From Eledone cirrhosa (Eukaryota), in NCBI GenBank assembly GCA_964016885.1, contig OZ024743.1, forward strand, positions 189,224,001 to 189,288,000: a stretch of 64,000 bases of DNA. Reading direction: 5' to 3'. Shown here piece by piece: positions 1 to 14,019 of the stretch (the stretch's first letter is position 1; the number at the start of each line of letters is the position of its first letter). Under the pieces are notes generated by a model. The model had not been told where the DNA came from. It was given only the letters and a program-made list of their open reading frames with translations, and did no database searches. The position numbers and the translations under genes are program-made.

Positions 1-2670
1 TCTACCTTACATTCCTCAGTTAGCAATGAACTCAATGGTGAGCACATTTACTACTCATGTTTAAAGTAACTCTCCTGTTACCACCAATTCAAAGACACAG
101 CAGCAGATATATATATCTGAGATGATTCTCACTTCCCCACAATGCACCTCAGAACAAACATAGTATATCCATTGAACAACAGCTCCTTGTTCTTTCTATC
201 TCTCTAACACAAGACATCAAAGTCATACTAAATGATGCCACCAATCTTCTGCAACACTGATTTGCTTTTGCAACAAGCTGAACACATTTATTTTCCAAAG
301 TAGATCTTCAAGGAAAAAAACTATCACCTATATATGTCATATTGTTTTTGTTTTATTTTTCTTGTTAGGTTATCTATCCCCTCATCCTATTAAGCCTGAG
401 AAAAAAATTACATTAAGAAAACAACCAACAAGAAAAAAACATTATGAAAGGAAATAAATTCAGACATTAAAACTATAACCTGAGGTTGGCATAAATCATA
501 ACTCCTGTAAATGGCCCATTCAGGCTTTTAGGTGTGATTAATAAAGAAATAAATCAGAAAGTTGTTTTACTAAAATCGAAAAAAAAAAATTATAAGTCAA
601 AAGAATGCGAACAAAGTTCAGAATGGAGCCAGTTTCATTATCACAAGAAGAAAATAATGAAAAAGATTGATTTTTTTCTTTTTGTCTCGTGTTACTTTTT
701 CATTTTCTCAAACCAATATTTTTTGTCATGTTTCACCAAGCAGTGATATTCATAGCTAAACAGAATAATTTATTATAAGCTATATAACCAACACGAACAG
801 CTTGAAGGCCAAGTTCAAATTGAAAAAGAAATTACTGGATACCTTTGTTACAGTTAAGATATTTAAATTTAGATGTTTTTAACCATTATTTTTTTTTTAA
901 CTATAGGGATTAAACTAAAAGTTGAATTTAACCTTGTAGAGATATTGTAGTTAAAATAATTTTGAAAATTAAATCTAATGTTATTGCTGTTTGTATTTTG
1001 ATGGATAGATTATATTTTATACCATCTACAAGCTTTTATATTCCTCTACGCTCTCACTCTGTCCATTCCTTGAAAATTCATTTTTTTAAAATCAGGAACA
1101 AACAATATTTTAATAGGGCTCCAAACAATTATTAGATTATAGAACACATATTCATTAAATGCCATCTTAATATAAATATGGTTCCATATAATTTGAGATT
1201 CCCAGCTATCTGGAATATAAATTCACAATATATTATTTTATTTTCAACAGAACATTTCCTTTTGTGAATTAAATGCTAAGAATTAATTGTAAATAGCAAT
1301 ATAATTTCAGACTAAAGCGAGTAACTAGCCCACTAACAAATGGGTTTCTTATTCTTTTTTGTAACACTTAAACAGAAGAAGGGGCAGTGCCAATGACCTT
1401 TTTTCCAACACCTCCATAACTGATGGAAGTGAGACAGAAAGGAGATTATTTTCATGCCAAAGCTGATCCCAGTAAAAGCAAATAGTGGAAACGAAGTACA
1501 AGTCTCCTTTATAAGTTTTATAAATGAAATTTTTGTAGCAGTTCTTTTCTTTCCAAAGTATATTTTAAGGGCTTAGTCAAAAGCAGAAAGAACAGTGGTC
1601 ATGGCCCTTTTAAAGGCTTCCATGACTGGTGTGAGGGGAAGAATTTATTCTTTAGCAAGACTTCTGTCTAGAATGTTTGTAACTGACTGGATTCAGCTCA
1701 AGTTGCCCAAGAATTAGATGGTGATAAGAAATTGAGAGAGGAATTAATATAACCTCAGTATGTTTGAGTATCTATAGCCATGTGAGATTGCTAATCATTG
1801 CTTAGCTTCAACCAGATAAGTTACCTATAATCTGAAAGAACCTTGTAGGGAGCCTCTACTTTGTTACTCAATGTGATAAAAAGAACAGTCAAATTTCCCT
1901 ATATCACACCCTAATATATTTTATAAGGATAGGAGACATTTGAGAATGGGAGTGTCATGAGAGAAATATCCCCTGATTGTAGGCCTCTCAATTAAGGATA
2001 ATCTAGGGGTTAAACAACAATTTATAATCTTGGGTCAACCCTTGATTTTTATGGGTTTAAATCTGTTAATTTTCTGATTGTAAAGAATAATATTCATGAA
2101 AGATCAGACAAATTGAATGTGAGAACTAATTATCTCACAGAGTCTACTAATGATATTTTTAACAGATATATATGTAGAAAAAAGTTAAAGATGGTGAACC
2201 CATCAATAAATTAATAATGTCATTTTTCGGTTTTCTATATTTAATGATTAATGTAATCATTTCCTATTTTACAGTGAAAGACATCAGAAAATATATATGA
2301 ACAGCAGATTTTTACACACATTATAACGGTTGTAATCATATATTTACTTTCTTACATTGTTATGGTTTTGCCTTTTCATTTTTAAAGCTCCTAGTAAATT
2401 CTTAAAAAGTAGTTAGTTTCAATTTTTATGGGTTTATCCAAGTTTTAGAACTTGCTTCTGAAGCTTCAGGATAATATCTAAATATCTTACATACAAACCA
2501 ATAGCTTATTTAATGATTGAATATTAATGTTTTCTACTTGACACCTAAATGATACACTGTTGTGAGATTTCATTCAATCTAAACTATAATAAAGTAAGGA
2601 GTGCGGGACTGTGTACGGTTTATTTCTTTTAATCCAGTTAGCAAAATAAGTTGAATTACTTTGAATAAAT

Positions 2671-2848
2671 AATTGTTTCTATTTTTGGTACAAGGCCAGC
2701 GATTACCCAGTGCATTACTGGTATTTATTTTATCGACCCCGTAAGGATGAAAGGCAAAGTTAACCTCGGCGGGATTTGAACTCAGAATGGCAAGGACCGT
2801 AATTCTATGCATCAAAGCATGGCATCCGACCCTCTACCGATACAGCCA
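2671..2848 (-). mobile_element. tRNA-derived SINE copy
   Basis: Reverse complement reads B-box GAGTTCAAATCCC followed by the family core GAGGTTAACTTTGCCTTTCATCCTTACGGGGTCGATAAAATAAA, shared with about 10 other copies in the window. Confidence 0.85.
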
Positions 2849-5329
2849 AAACGAATGAATATTACATACTTTATTTACTGAATTTCGTAGCTAGCTCTTG
2901 ATTAAATATATTTTATTGTTTATTTAAAGATTCACTTCTTTAAAATGTTCAAATGTCAACACTTCCGGTTAGCAATCGTTTAAATAAACATTCATATATT
3001 TCTGTCACTAATTTTCTCCTAATGCAGTTTATATATAATATCGTCTTTTTTTTAATGTATCATGGATTACGTTACTGATTACATAAGAGACTGTAACGCA
3101 GTCTTCGTTCAATGTCTGTGTATATTGTCAATTACGATTTTATTTCATGTATATCTACAAGCATATATATTTTTATTTTATTAAATAATGTTACAAATGG
3201 GAGCGAAAATATGAACACATATGATATATGCAAAGCATATAAATAAATTTACAGTAGAATAACATAACAAATATGTTTTAAATATATAACATAAATAACA
3301 TTATAAATGCTTAGATAACATTATAAATTGCTTGCGATTCTGTCTGAAGGATATATTCCTTTAATGTTGCAATATTAAAGAAAATGTAAAGGAAGGGGTG
3401 AACAACCGAGCCACCACCAGAGCAAAAGACAGCAGCGAGGAGTACTGGGCAACCTCTCTAATGATTTTTTTAGGCAAGCCAGCACACTTGCAGTGTTACC
3501 TCGGGTGATGGTGAGGCTAATATCAATATGCACACTACACATGCTAGCAGAAAACCATCCAAAGGGTGGTTTTTCTGCTAGTATTCTTAAAAATAGAAAT
3601 TATTTCCTTGTCCTTTTATACTTTCTCAGATGGTTTCAAAAATAGGAATATTTGCATGATCAAACTGTTCTCTATTTTATGAAAGAAATCTCCTTTGAAA
3701 CTGGTGAAGTACTTATGTTAGATATACTATATGTGGAACTGAGTTTGCAATTGGGGATGCAGAATCTTACACTTTAATCACAAAGCTACTTAAACATCTC
3801 TCTGTGCAAGTTTTTGTATGTGAGTGTACATTTCCAATTATGTATATTGATAATCGTACATTAATATTAAAAAATTCTAATAAATTTCTTTCAAAAATCT
3901 AATTTGTCATGATGACTACCAAGTAGTGACCCAACTGTCTAAAATAACACCAAACATTATTGCAACACCAGCTACATAGCCTTATTGAATATAAAGTAAC
4001 AAATATATTTTTAATTAAAATCATTGCAAGGGTTATCTTGCAGAAATCAAGTTCATTTTCACATCTTGATATCCTCTTTTATATGTCAAGGATTATGGCG
4101 CCTTCCCTACTTAATAACAGATTAGCAGTATAGTATACTTTGTTCAAACTATTTTTACAGAAATTGAAAAATGTAGGCACATGATGATTTTAGAGTGATA
4201 ATTTTCAATTATTTGATTATTCCAGAAGTTTTTAAAAAATGTTAAAAATAGAAAAAGAATAATCCAAAAAGAAATTTTAATTTTAATCTTACAAAAAATC
4301 AATAACCAAAATGTCAAGTTTTTACATTTTCTTTAAATTCTAATCATGTCAGATACTTTGAATTTCAATTGAATTCTTGTTATTTCATGCAATGCACAAA
4401 ATTCGAATTCGATACAATCTTATTTTTAAAGAAACCTGAGAATGTTAGTTCACTCAGGCACTTATATTCTAATAAAACAGTCTTATTCCATAGCTTATAC
4501 AGAAATATGGATAAAAACAAATCACACCTAAATTCTGTTATTAGAAGCTTAAGAATATATTGACAATTTGAAACTCATATGAATCAAACCAGTATCACAT
4601 GAGGTATTGTACATTGGTGGGTATTACAATTTCAAGAGTCTTTCCGTTTCTTGATACCTAGTTAACAAAAGTCTGTGTTTTATAAAACTGTTAAAAATAA
4701 CAGTCAAATCTCCATAAGTTATATCTTATTGGATAATGCCTGGAATATCCTTGGTCATATGACTACTCAGTCAAAGATAACTTGGATATGCACAACAATT
4801 TCTTGAACTGAAACTAGGTTGAATTCTAATTTTCCCAAATGTACCATCACATACCATATTTCCTGGCCTATTAGACACCTCTTTGTATAAGATACTCCCT
4901 GGTTTCCCAAGGATATTTTGAGAAGATCTGAATTATAGTAAATTTATTCATAGAATTATTAAAATTATTTTATAGTTTGTTCACACTCATATACATTCAA
5001 CATCATTTTGCTTATATAAATTGTATTACTCTAATAGTAAAACAAAATAAATTATTTTAGCCATTGTTGTCTACACCCTTCTTTCAGCCTCTCATTGGTG
5101 ATACAAAATTTATTTAACAAATTCTTATGACGTGAGGGCTGGTCAAATTGACGAAAATAATCAACATAAGACTATTTTGGAAAACAATTGAAGAACATAT
5201 TCAATAATGAGTGCTACTGAATGAGTAAAGCATTTTAAAGTGAATATATAGTAATTAAAATATATTTTACTTATTCTAAAATTAAATTAACCAGAGTTGA
5301 TGAACTAAAGAAAGATTTCTAATATTTTT

Positions 5330-6620
5330 TATGGAGATGTTGCACCTCAATGACATGCACCTGGCATTCTTCCTTCTGAAAAACTGCTGCACCCTTCCTA
5401 AATTCTTGTTCATGCTGTGCGATGCACCCCATTACCCTCTCACACATCACCACAGTGAACTCGATGCCATCATCTGACACTGTGCAAAACTCATTTGCAA
5501 TGTTAGTTTTGATAGCACCAGCTGGCAACAAGCAAAGCTCCCTGTGAAGTTCGGAGGCCTTGGCCTTTGATCCATGTCAGATCTCGCACTGCTGGTCTAC
5601 CTCTCAATCTCTTCCAGTCACACCCTCATTAGAGAGGTCTTCAGTAAGATGGCACAATCTGATGTGGCTCAAGATATGGATCTGGCTTTGGCTGACTGGA
5701 CTAGCAAAGCCCTCTCTGTCCCCCAGTATACACATTTCCAACATAACTGGGATGACATCAAGCTCAGGTTTACATACAAGTGGATTGAGTCTAGCTTGGA
5801 CTTATACCACCTTACCTGCCCTCATTCTGCTTGCAGCTAAACAGCAGTGTGCTAAACGATTCAGTGCCCTCTTCAACCCGTATCCTTTATGATGATGTGT
5901 GCACTCACATTGGAGCAGCCCAACGCATCGGCAACCATGTGTGTGGGCCCACACAAATGCTGTTGTCGACAAGTTTAGCCTGCATCCAGTATCATGCCAC
6001 CAGAGCACAGGCTGGTTCCCCTGGCATACCACTCTCAACAAAATATTGAAAAGGAACCTAGATTCAGCCAGCTTCCCATCATAACTGGATCCAGCTTGCC
6101 TCAAACATGGAGACAGCAAGCACCCCAACAGAATTAATCTCTTCCCATTCAAGGGAGGTAATTCCTTAATCTAGGCTGTGACATGCTGCAACACATTCTC
6201 TGCCTCCAACTTAGTTGCTTCAATTACAATCCCTGGTACCATGGACTACAATGCAGAGGACAGGAAAACATGCAAGTATCAGGGCTTGTCTGGCCACTTT
6301 CACTTTGCAACAGTCACTGTCAAGACATCAGGCACCCTCGGACCCCATGCAGCTGACCCCCACCATGAAATCAGAATGACAGTAGCCTATCTGAGAAAGA
6401 AGCCCCATGCTTTGCGGTGGTGGTTACAGCTGGTGTCACTGGCCATTGTCTGCTGAAATGCCTTTTCTATTTTGTCCATGGGATGCAGCTGAAACACCAC
6501 TCTGACTTAGGTCTAGAGTCTGTCATCCTCTTCTCCTCCCCCTTTGTTTTCGTTGCCTAATAATCCTGACTCTTTCCCTCATTTTGTTCTCATTTATAGT
6601 ATCTTTAGTTCTTTCTGATG
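5330..6620 (+). mobile_element. Decayed CRE-like non-LTR retrotransposon, 3' part (RT thumb, zinc knuckle, restriction-like endonuclease)
   Basis: Broken frames give LPVKFGGLG, VDKFSLHPVSCHQSTGWFPWHTTLNKILKR, GDSKHPNRINLFPFKGG (degenerate DGKRPDG), TCCNTFSASNL, AEDRK..KY, VKTSGTLG and LQLVSLAI. These are typical C-terminal motifs of CRE-clade RLE elements. Many stops and frameshifts. Confidence 0.8.
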
Positions 6621-6627
6621 CTACTCT

Positions 6628-6990
6628 TTCTAGAGAGAGAAATGTGGGCAATTTAAAAATAAATGAAGCCTTGCTTATACATAGATTCAACCCATCAAAT
6701 CAATAACGGAATGGAACTCAGCACACAATACTTGACATAAAAGGACACACCCACTCACACATGCAAGCTAAACATCAATTTACACAAATTTGTTTCCATG
6801 AGATATTACATATGGTAATTGACGTCATCCTTCTGCTTCTTATAAAACTACAGCAAATATCAAACAATGCTTGAAAACAGTTTATAAATTTAAAATCTAT
6901 TTCAATATGAATAGAGTGAAACATTTTTCAAGAGTTCCTTATACTCTGAGGAAGGGAATTTTAAGTACCGAAATATTAGGATGAATGAAA
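6628..6990 (+). mobile_element. Decayed Penelope-like element 3' end (GIY-YIG C-terminus plus degenerate hammerhead)
   Basis: Translates SRERNVGNLKINEALLIHRFNPS (PLE 'LKIKEALLI...P.LN' end motif). Downstream lies CTGAGGA...CCGAAATATTA at 6946-6978. Confidence 0.55.
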
Positions 6991-7094
6991 CAACAAAAAA
7001 ACAAAGATTACCAGATAACTAACTTTTTTCATTGCCTTCATCTTACTGTCCATTTTGCATTGTTTAGCCTTCTTATATATACATCACTTTCAAC

Positions 7095-7242
7095 AACCCT
7101 AGTACATTAATGATACTAGATTTTATCAAAACCAGAAGGATGAATGGCAAAGTTGACTTCAGTGGTATATGAACTCAAAATGTAAAGGGCCATAGCTAAA
7201 CGTCACAAAGCACATTGTGCGATGCTGTAACGATTCTGCCAT
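7095..7242 (-). mobile_element. Old diverged SINE copy
   Basis: TTTTATCAAAACCAGAAGGATGAATGGCAAAGTTGACTTCAGTGGTATATGAACTCA aligns to the reverse complement of the SINE core and B-box. Confidence 0.65.
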
Positions 7243-8160
7243 ACAGATATCTAAATAAGGAATGATGTGATATAGTCATTCAGAACGTCTTAAGTGAATA
7301 TGAAATGATTTATTCAGAAATCATTGAGTTAAAGCTTCAAAAATTCCTCCATAACAACAGATAGTTTTGAGATTATTTTGAATAAAACATGAAAATTTAT
7401 GTAAAAAATACAAGACATTAAATATTGAGAAATACAGCTTATAAATTTGTTCTCAATGATCATCTCAACTTCAGAGATTTTAGACTATTTCATTCCTTGT
7501 AGAATTCAGCTTTTAAAGTTGATGTAATGCTAATTCCAAAATGTCAGTTAAAATAAAATATGTAATTCATCACAATCTGATAAACATTTTCCAGTTTAAG
7601 TTTGAATATTATTATTGTTAGTAACAAGTATTAAAAAAAAAAAAACATTCTTTATTTTTGCTTTGTTACTTCATTAAACTTAGGTTACCAAACATAATTA
7701 ACATAGAAACTAGGTTCAGTCATGCATGCAGGATAATGATTTCCTTCTGTAACATCATTGTTACAAACACCAGATTTTGACATCTTTAACAAATTATGCT
7801 CAAATTTACATATAGCTAATAGAGAAAAATCTTTATTACTTGAAGAAAAAATTTAGAAAATCTTCTAGAAAGATGTTCATACTACTTAGCTCTTTGGAAA
7901 ATGTGTTGGAAACCCATAGTAACATATTTGTCATAAATATATTAATTTCATTCATTTCTAATAAATATCAATACCATTATCATAAAATGTTATATAATAT
8001 TTTAAAAAATCATATCCCATGAATTGTGTGTGAAGGGGTTCAATGGGGGGATATAAATTTAGAATTTTTCTGGAGAACTAATTTTGAGAGTTGAATCAAT
8101 AATCCTTGTAATATATGTATACAAGCCCATTTTACTTCAGAGGCCTGATTTAACCCAACA

Positions 8161-8352
8161 CAAGGATCAGCTTAAAAGTTCATAGGCTGACTAAGATACG
8201 CTCATGGAATGACCAAATGGGTTTTATTTATCAACATAAGCCTTAGAAGGGAATAATGCAGTTAATAAGATTTGAAATTAATGCATACAAGATTTCACGG
8301 ATCTAGCATCAATCCTTCATAGTCAATCTATGAATGTTTCAACTGACCCTCA
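8161..8352. mobile_element. Mariner-type MITE
   Basis: Imperfect ~30-bp terminal inverted repeats: AAGGATCAGCTTAAAAGTTCATAGGCTGACTA versus (reverse complement) GAGGGTCAGTTGAAACATTCATAGATTGACTA. The right end abuts TA. Confidence 0.6.
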
Positions 8353-8624
8353 TATGTGGCATGTGGGTAGCTTTAAATTAATTCCATTTACTTTAGAGCT
8401 AGTTCTATCTAGCAGACCATGCTTCTAAGTTCAATTGCACTTGAATCATTTTACTTAAAGGTGGCTGGTTTTAGAATATATGCAACTAGTTGTAGGAGGG
8501 GACTAAAAGGGTTGGCATTTCTTAAGGTATCCAGCTGTAAAATATTGTCACAAACCATCTCTTCCAACTAATACCTGCATGGGAAAATGATGAGTACTGG
8601 TTATGTGTTGATGTTGAATTAATT

Positions 8625-8840
8625 AGTGGTGAATTGGGAGAATAGGTAAAGTATCAGACAACCTGCTTCGTGGCATAGAGTTACAGCCCTTTACGTTCTG
8701 ACTTTGAATCCCACCAAGGTTAGCTTTGCCTTTCATCCTTACAGGTCGATAAAATAAAGTACCAATCATACACTCGGGTTAATTTAATCGACTTTCCCTC
8801 CCCTAAAATTGATGGCCTTGAACCTATATCAGAAACCATC
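8625..8840 (+). mobile_element. SINE copy
   Basis: Degenerate A/B boxes, core GGTTAGCTTTGCCTTTCATCCTTACAGGTCGATAAAATAAAGTACC, and family 3' tail. Confidence 0.8.
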
Positions 8841-11800
8841 AATTGGCTTTCTATCCTCTTTCTTCAACCATCACAACAAATTATCTTGTTCTTAGTAAAA
8901 CAAAGAAAGCACTAAAATTCCTTTCGATGCCACAGAAGGGATTGTATAATAATGAGTGAATAATTTGCATAAAGATGGTCTAGAGCAGCTGACAGAGATC
9001 GTCATAATTGTGTTAATGACTAGAATGAGAAGGAAACTAAAGATTATACACACACACTGGTATTTTAGTTCCATTACTCATTCATTTGATTTAAGCTGTG
9101 TTTTTCTTCTCACAAAGTAAATTTTATATATAGATTCCCACATTTTGAGAGGAAAATTTCATTTTATTTATTGTTTTCTTTTTCAATCTTCTTATTGCCT
9201 CATCTGTAATTTTACTTCTGCTCTAAATTTCCAGCTTGCACGATGATATTGTACACCAACTATTAAAAATCTATACTGGGTCTTAAAGTATGTCTAATAT
9301 AGCCATGCTATTAGATGACTATGTCAATATTTAAATGTTGATTATGTCTTATGGTGTGATAAATGTTCTTTATGTATGAGAGTAATATGTAATATGAGGC
9401 AGAAGGGTTGTTATTTCTACAAATTAACCGACTGCACTGAGGCTCTCTCATGTTTTCTGTAGTTGACTTTTACTTTCTAATACTAACTAAACTAAGCAAT
9501 TAAAAATATCTGGTTATTTGAATTCAATTTCAATTTTTTTTTTCAAGAAAATATATGAAGATGGGTTAAAAGCAATCATTTACTCTTTTCAGTAAATGAT
9601 GTATAGGCAAGTCTAACATTTATTTAGAAAGAAAGGCCATAAAAAGTAGCAATAATTTAATTTCCATAAACTTATTCATCAACTTCATGAACTAATTTCC
9701 ATAAACTTAATTGTCAGTCAGCAAAGAGAATTATAAATTAAGAATGAAATATTAAAAACGTTATAGGGTAATGATGGTTACAAAGTTTAGAGAGAGACTG
9801 AAGGTGATGGAGTAGGTGATTTATAACCTTTAAGATGTTGCAAGTGAAAACCATTAGTCGATATTTGGTTGTCATTATGAGGTCTAGTCACAATGTTTCA
9901 GGTTTTAAAAGATTGGGATAGAAATATTAAAGGACTCAATGTATACAAGTGCTAGAAGTGGGACTCACTGTTTGGCAGTCAAGGAGTACACAGGAATAAT
10001 TGCTTTCTTAGTTTGAAGAGAATTTAGTGTGACTTGTGGTATATGACCATGGGAGTTGTGAAATGGAGAAGAAAAGCTTAGAGAAATTTTGTTAAGAATA
10101 AAGTGAAATTATACTCAGATCAGGCAATCTCAGTTATGTTCCATAAGTACCAACGTTGAGAAGTGGTAGGTAAGAGTATTCTACAAAGTTAGTTAATCTT
10201 TGTATTGATCCTAAAGGGCTTGCTAAAATTTGGGTGAAGTGAGCCTTTGCAGGTTGTGCAATCCACAAAGGTGTCTTCATGGATAATAATCATGCAAATG
10301 TTGCTTTAGTAGATAATTGCCACCCAGTTGGTAAAAGTCATGGATTTTTTTCAAGCCATTGTAAATAATAGTATTCATCTATACTGCTTTATTACAATTA
10401 CCTGCAAATCACTTGAACATTTTAGGGTTATGGGCTTGGGTTGTATGTGAGATGTAATATAACATATATAAGAGGAAGATTTGGACCACCAGTTGTCTTT
10501 GATAAGCATGAGGTGAAGCACATTTGCTGCTAAGGGTAGGTAGTGTGAAACAGTTCAGACACACTATCTTACTTGAAGTGTCATGGGTTCCAGAAGGTGT
10601 GTGTGTGTAATGTAAATTAGTGGTAGTGTGTAGCCATGAATAGACAATTGGCAAACAATCAGAGATTAAAGATGTTTAGCAATCTGAGCATCTGAGTGTA
10701 TGTCAATCAGAGATATGTATGAGAAACAATACACATTCTTGCCAGGAGTTCAGTAATGCAATGTATTCTGTTTCTACACTAACTGCAGCAGTATAAAGTA
10801 AAGTAGATGTCATCAATGCAGGATGAGAGATAATAGAGCAACAGTAGGTGATTGAAAGAATAAGAAATGTGGTTAAAGATAGCAGATGAGTTTAGAACGT
10901 GAAAAAGGAATATTTTGAATCAAAGTAAATGGAAATCCTTGTTGATAAACAAGTGAAAGAAATGGGGAAAGAGGATTTTATCTTTACGTAGAATTTACAT
11001 TTCAAGTTAAAATAGGATTAGTGAAAATAGATTTAGCAGCAGATATATGATATTGATAAGGTTGGAGAGTTTTTTGTATTAGGAAATAGTAATATCTCAA
11101 TTTCGTTTGTTTAAAAGAGATAATGAGGGGTATCTTATGTTCAACCAGAGTGCACATGTGTTCATAAAATGGAGGGGGAATGTAACTTTGTTATTTTCAA
11201 AAGGATGCATTTTAGGTTTGGTTGTAGGAAGAACAGTATCCGAATCTTGAGTTGGCACTGTACGTAGCTCAGCAGAATATCAATAAACTTGGATGGTCTT
11301 CTAGAAATCCTGTGTTTGCTGAAGGCTCTATTTACACATTGGGTGTGAAGGGGATATGGAATTATATAACAGTTCATAAGGCAGCCACTTAAGATGTTAT
11401 CCATAAGGCAGGTCTTCGTCCATTTTGACGTTGGACTTCTGCTGTAAGTCAATACCACCTAGTCATTACCATATATTTAAAATGTTTGTGGAACATTTCA
11501 ATCTCTACTAGTAGATATTAAAATAGCTGTTTGACTAAAATTGCCTCGAATGCAAATGTGTCATATGATTGCCAAACCCATCAGTGGAGAAGAGAAATGT
11601 AAGCACATCAGTTATAGCTTTGGTTAACATAAACTGTGATGGAAGAGATAAATTAGACGTTTTGCAGTAAACCGAAAAGAAAAATGGACCGTTAAAATAA
11701 ACAATTTCTCTGGTGGTAAAAATAAAGCGCTCGACTTTGTATCGAAGAGACAGTTCAACATTCTAGCTATAACATTTACTGCATATAATTTTATACTTTT

Positions 11801-11974
11801 TAGAGATATAGAAATGGTTTTTGCAATAATATAGTAACAGTGTTACGTAAATTAAATGTGTACAATTATAAGTTATATTGGAAACAAACCAGTTTATGAT
11901 AGTAGTCATAAAATTCAACAGCCTTTTGCCTAAGAAACTGAGTATTTTCAAATGCTAATCATTTATAGTTATTT

Positions 11975-12258
11975 ACTTTACGATCTGAGTTCAAATCCCG
12001 CCGAGGTCGATAAAATAAAGTACAAGTAATGCACTGGTAAATTGGTGGCCTTGTGCGTAAAGTAGAAACAATTATAACCGGTGAATTGGCAGTATCGGTA
12101 GAGGGTTGGATGCCATGCTTTCTAGCATAGTTACGTCCCTTTACAGTCTGAGTTCAAATCCCGCCGAGGTTAACTTTGCCTTTCATCCTTACGGGGTCGA
12201 TAAAATAAAGTACCAGTAATGTACTGGGTAATTGCTGGCCTAAAGTAGAAACAGTTAT
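11975..12258 (+). mobile_element. Tandem SINE pair (5'-truncated copy plus full copy)
   Basis: Two GAGTTCAAATCCCGCCGAGG B-box/core units. The second has the A-box TGGCAGTATCGG. Both end in GTAGAAACA. Confidence 0.85.
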
Positions 12259-13020
12259 TTACTATAACGGTTATTGTAAGAACACTCAACATTGACGAGA
12301 GGTGTAATTTCGTTCGCTCGGTTTATAGAAAAGTAACATAGCTTCATTCCACCTTATGAATTTTATGATAGCCCGAACTAATTAAAATGACAAGTATGCT
12401 GTACTTCATTACCACAGATGAGTACTGTAAATGTACGAGAAATGAAACACCTGAAGCAATTTTAATTAAATATTACTTGGATACGTGTGTATGTTTATCT
12501 GCTTGAACACATTACAATTGGTAATCTTTCAATTTCAGTGATGGAAAATACACAGGAAAACTGGTATATGAATATAAAAGAAAGATGGAACTAAAGCAAT
12601 GTCTCGTTTTCTCAGGAAAATAAGGCAAACACAAATCCAACAAATCAAAATATATAACAATTAATTCATATTACATACACATAAACCTTCTGGAAGCCTA
12701 TGGCACTTCAAAGGTAAACAAACATTATTCAAGTGAATCCGTAAATTATTTACACAGAAGAAGCATTGTCAGTTGAACAAATCGAAATATTTAACAAATA
12801 CAGTAGAACAATTCAAAGGCATCATTTTGGTGAACGGTCTGGGTGATGAAGTATGCCATATTTAATCAGTAGAAATATGAAAAGAAATAGGATATATTTT
12901 AAAGAGAACCGATATTGAGAAGTCATACTGTACAACTTTTTAAATAAGCAAAATCTAACAGAAAATAATATGGTGGATACATCAAGTAGCACTAACTTGT
13001 GTTTATGGGTGTAATTGAAA

Positions 13021-13058
<38 letters not shown>

Positions 13059-14019
13059 TCAACTAGAGTACAAGTAATTTGGTATACGGTGGATAATATT
13101 ATGCCGGTTAATATTTAAAGCAATTCCAAAAGTTGGTCCATAATCTTGTTGTTTCTTTGGCCTTACAATGCTGACATAATATTCGTGTAAAGAAGGGTTT
13201 CCCAAATTAAGCAATATCGCCCACCAGAGAACGATTTTAAATTTCGAGTGGGCGATAAGCAACTAAAAAGAAAATGGTGAGTGATTGGAAATGTTGGTGG
13301 ACAATATAGGATATCAAGAAGGTATTTCAACATATGCTACCTGAAAAATATACTCAAACGAGATATACAAAGAACGTGTATGAAAAAACAAACAAACAAA
13401 AGACAGGAGGCTAAATGTGAATAATTAAGTCACATAACTGTATAAGATATACACATGCCAGCTAACATGGAACATTTGGTATTTTCTGTAGTTTTGAGAA
13501 GGGTCATGCTTCGAACGAAATAACATTTTATTCGGATATAAACCAGATAAGGGAAGACCAAAAACAAATTTGACAGTAAAATTAAGAAGTGACTTCAAGA
13601 TAAACTCATCACCAGCACTGAGAACTCTGACTACAGGTAGTAGGCAAGGACGACAATGTCAGGAAAAGTGTGAGAATCCCAAGATGGAACCTGTTCACAG
13701 TTCAATCCTCATAGAAACAGATAGCCACTTGACGTTGTTGGATTGTAAGTGGTTGCAATGCTCTTATGTTCTCATATTTGTGGATTATTGAAAACGGATT
13801 TCGAGTAACAATATAAATTAGTGGACAAAAAGTTGGTTATCTACCTTTCTTACTGCTTTCTGTGGCTTTTTAAACATCCAATGATTTAACATCGTGTAAG
13901 TAGTTTCAACAATGGTTATCTTTTTTGCATATGTGAACTTTCAATAGCACCGAAAAAATATTAGACGTAACAAAATAAATATTTGCTGAATTTTTATTAG
14001 CTGCTAGTAGTATATTCTT

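Noticed and set aside
1-13900. Short ORFs and possible spliced exons of a host gene
   Set aside because: No recognisable protein motifs outside the TE remnants. Small exons cannot be excluded without transcript data.
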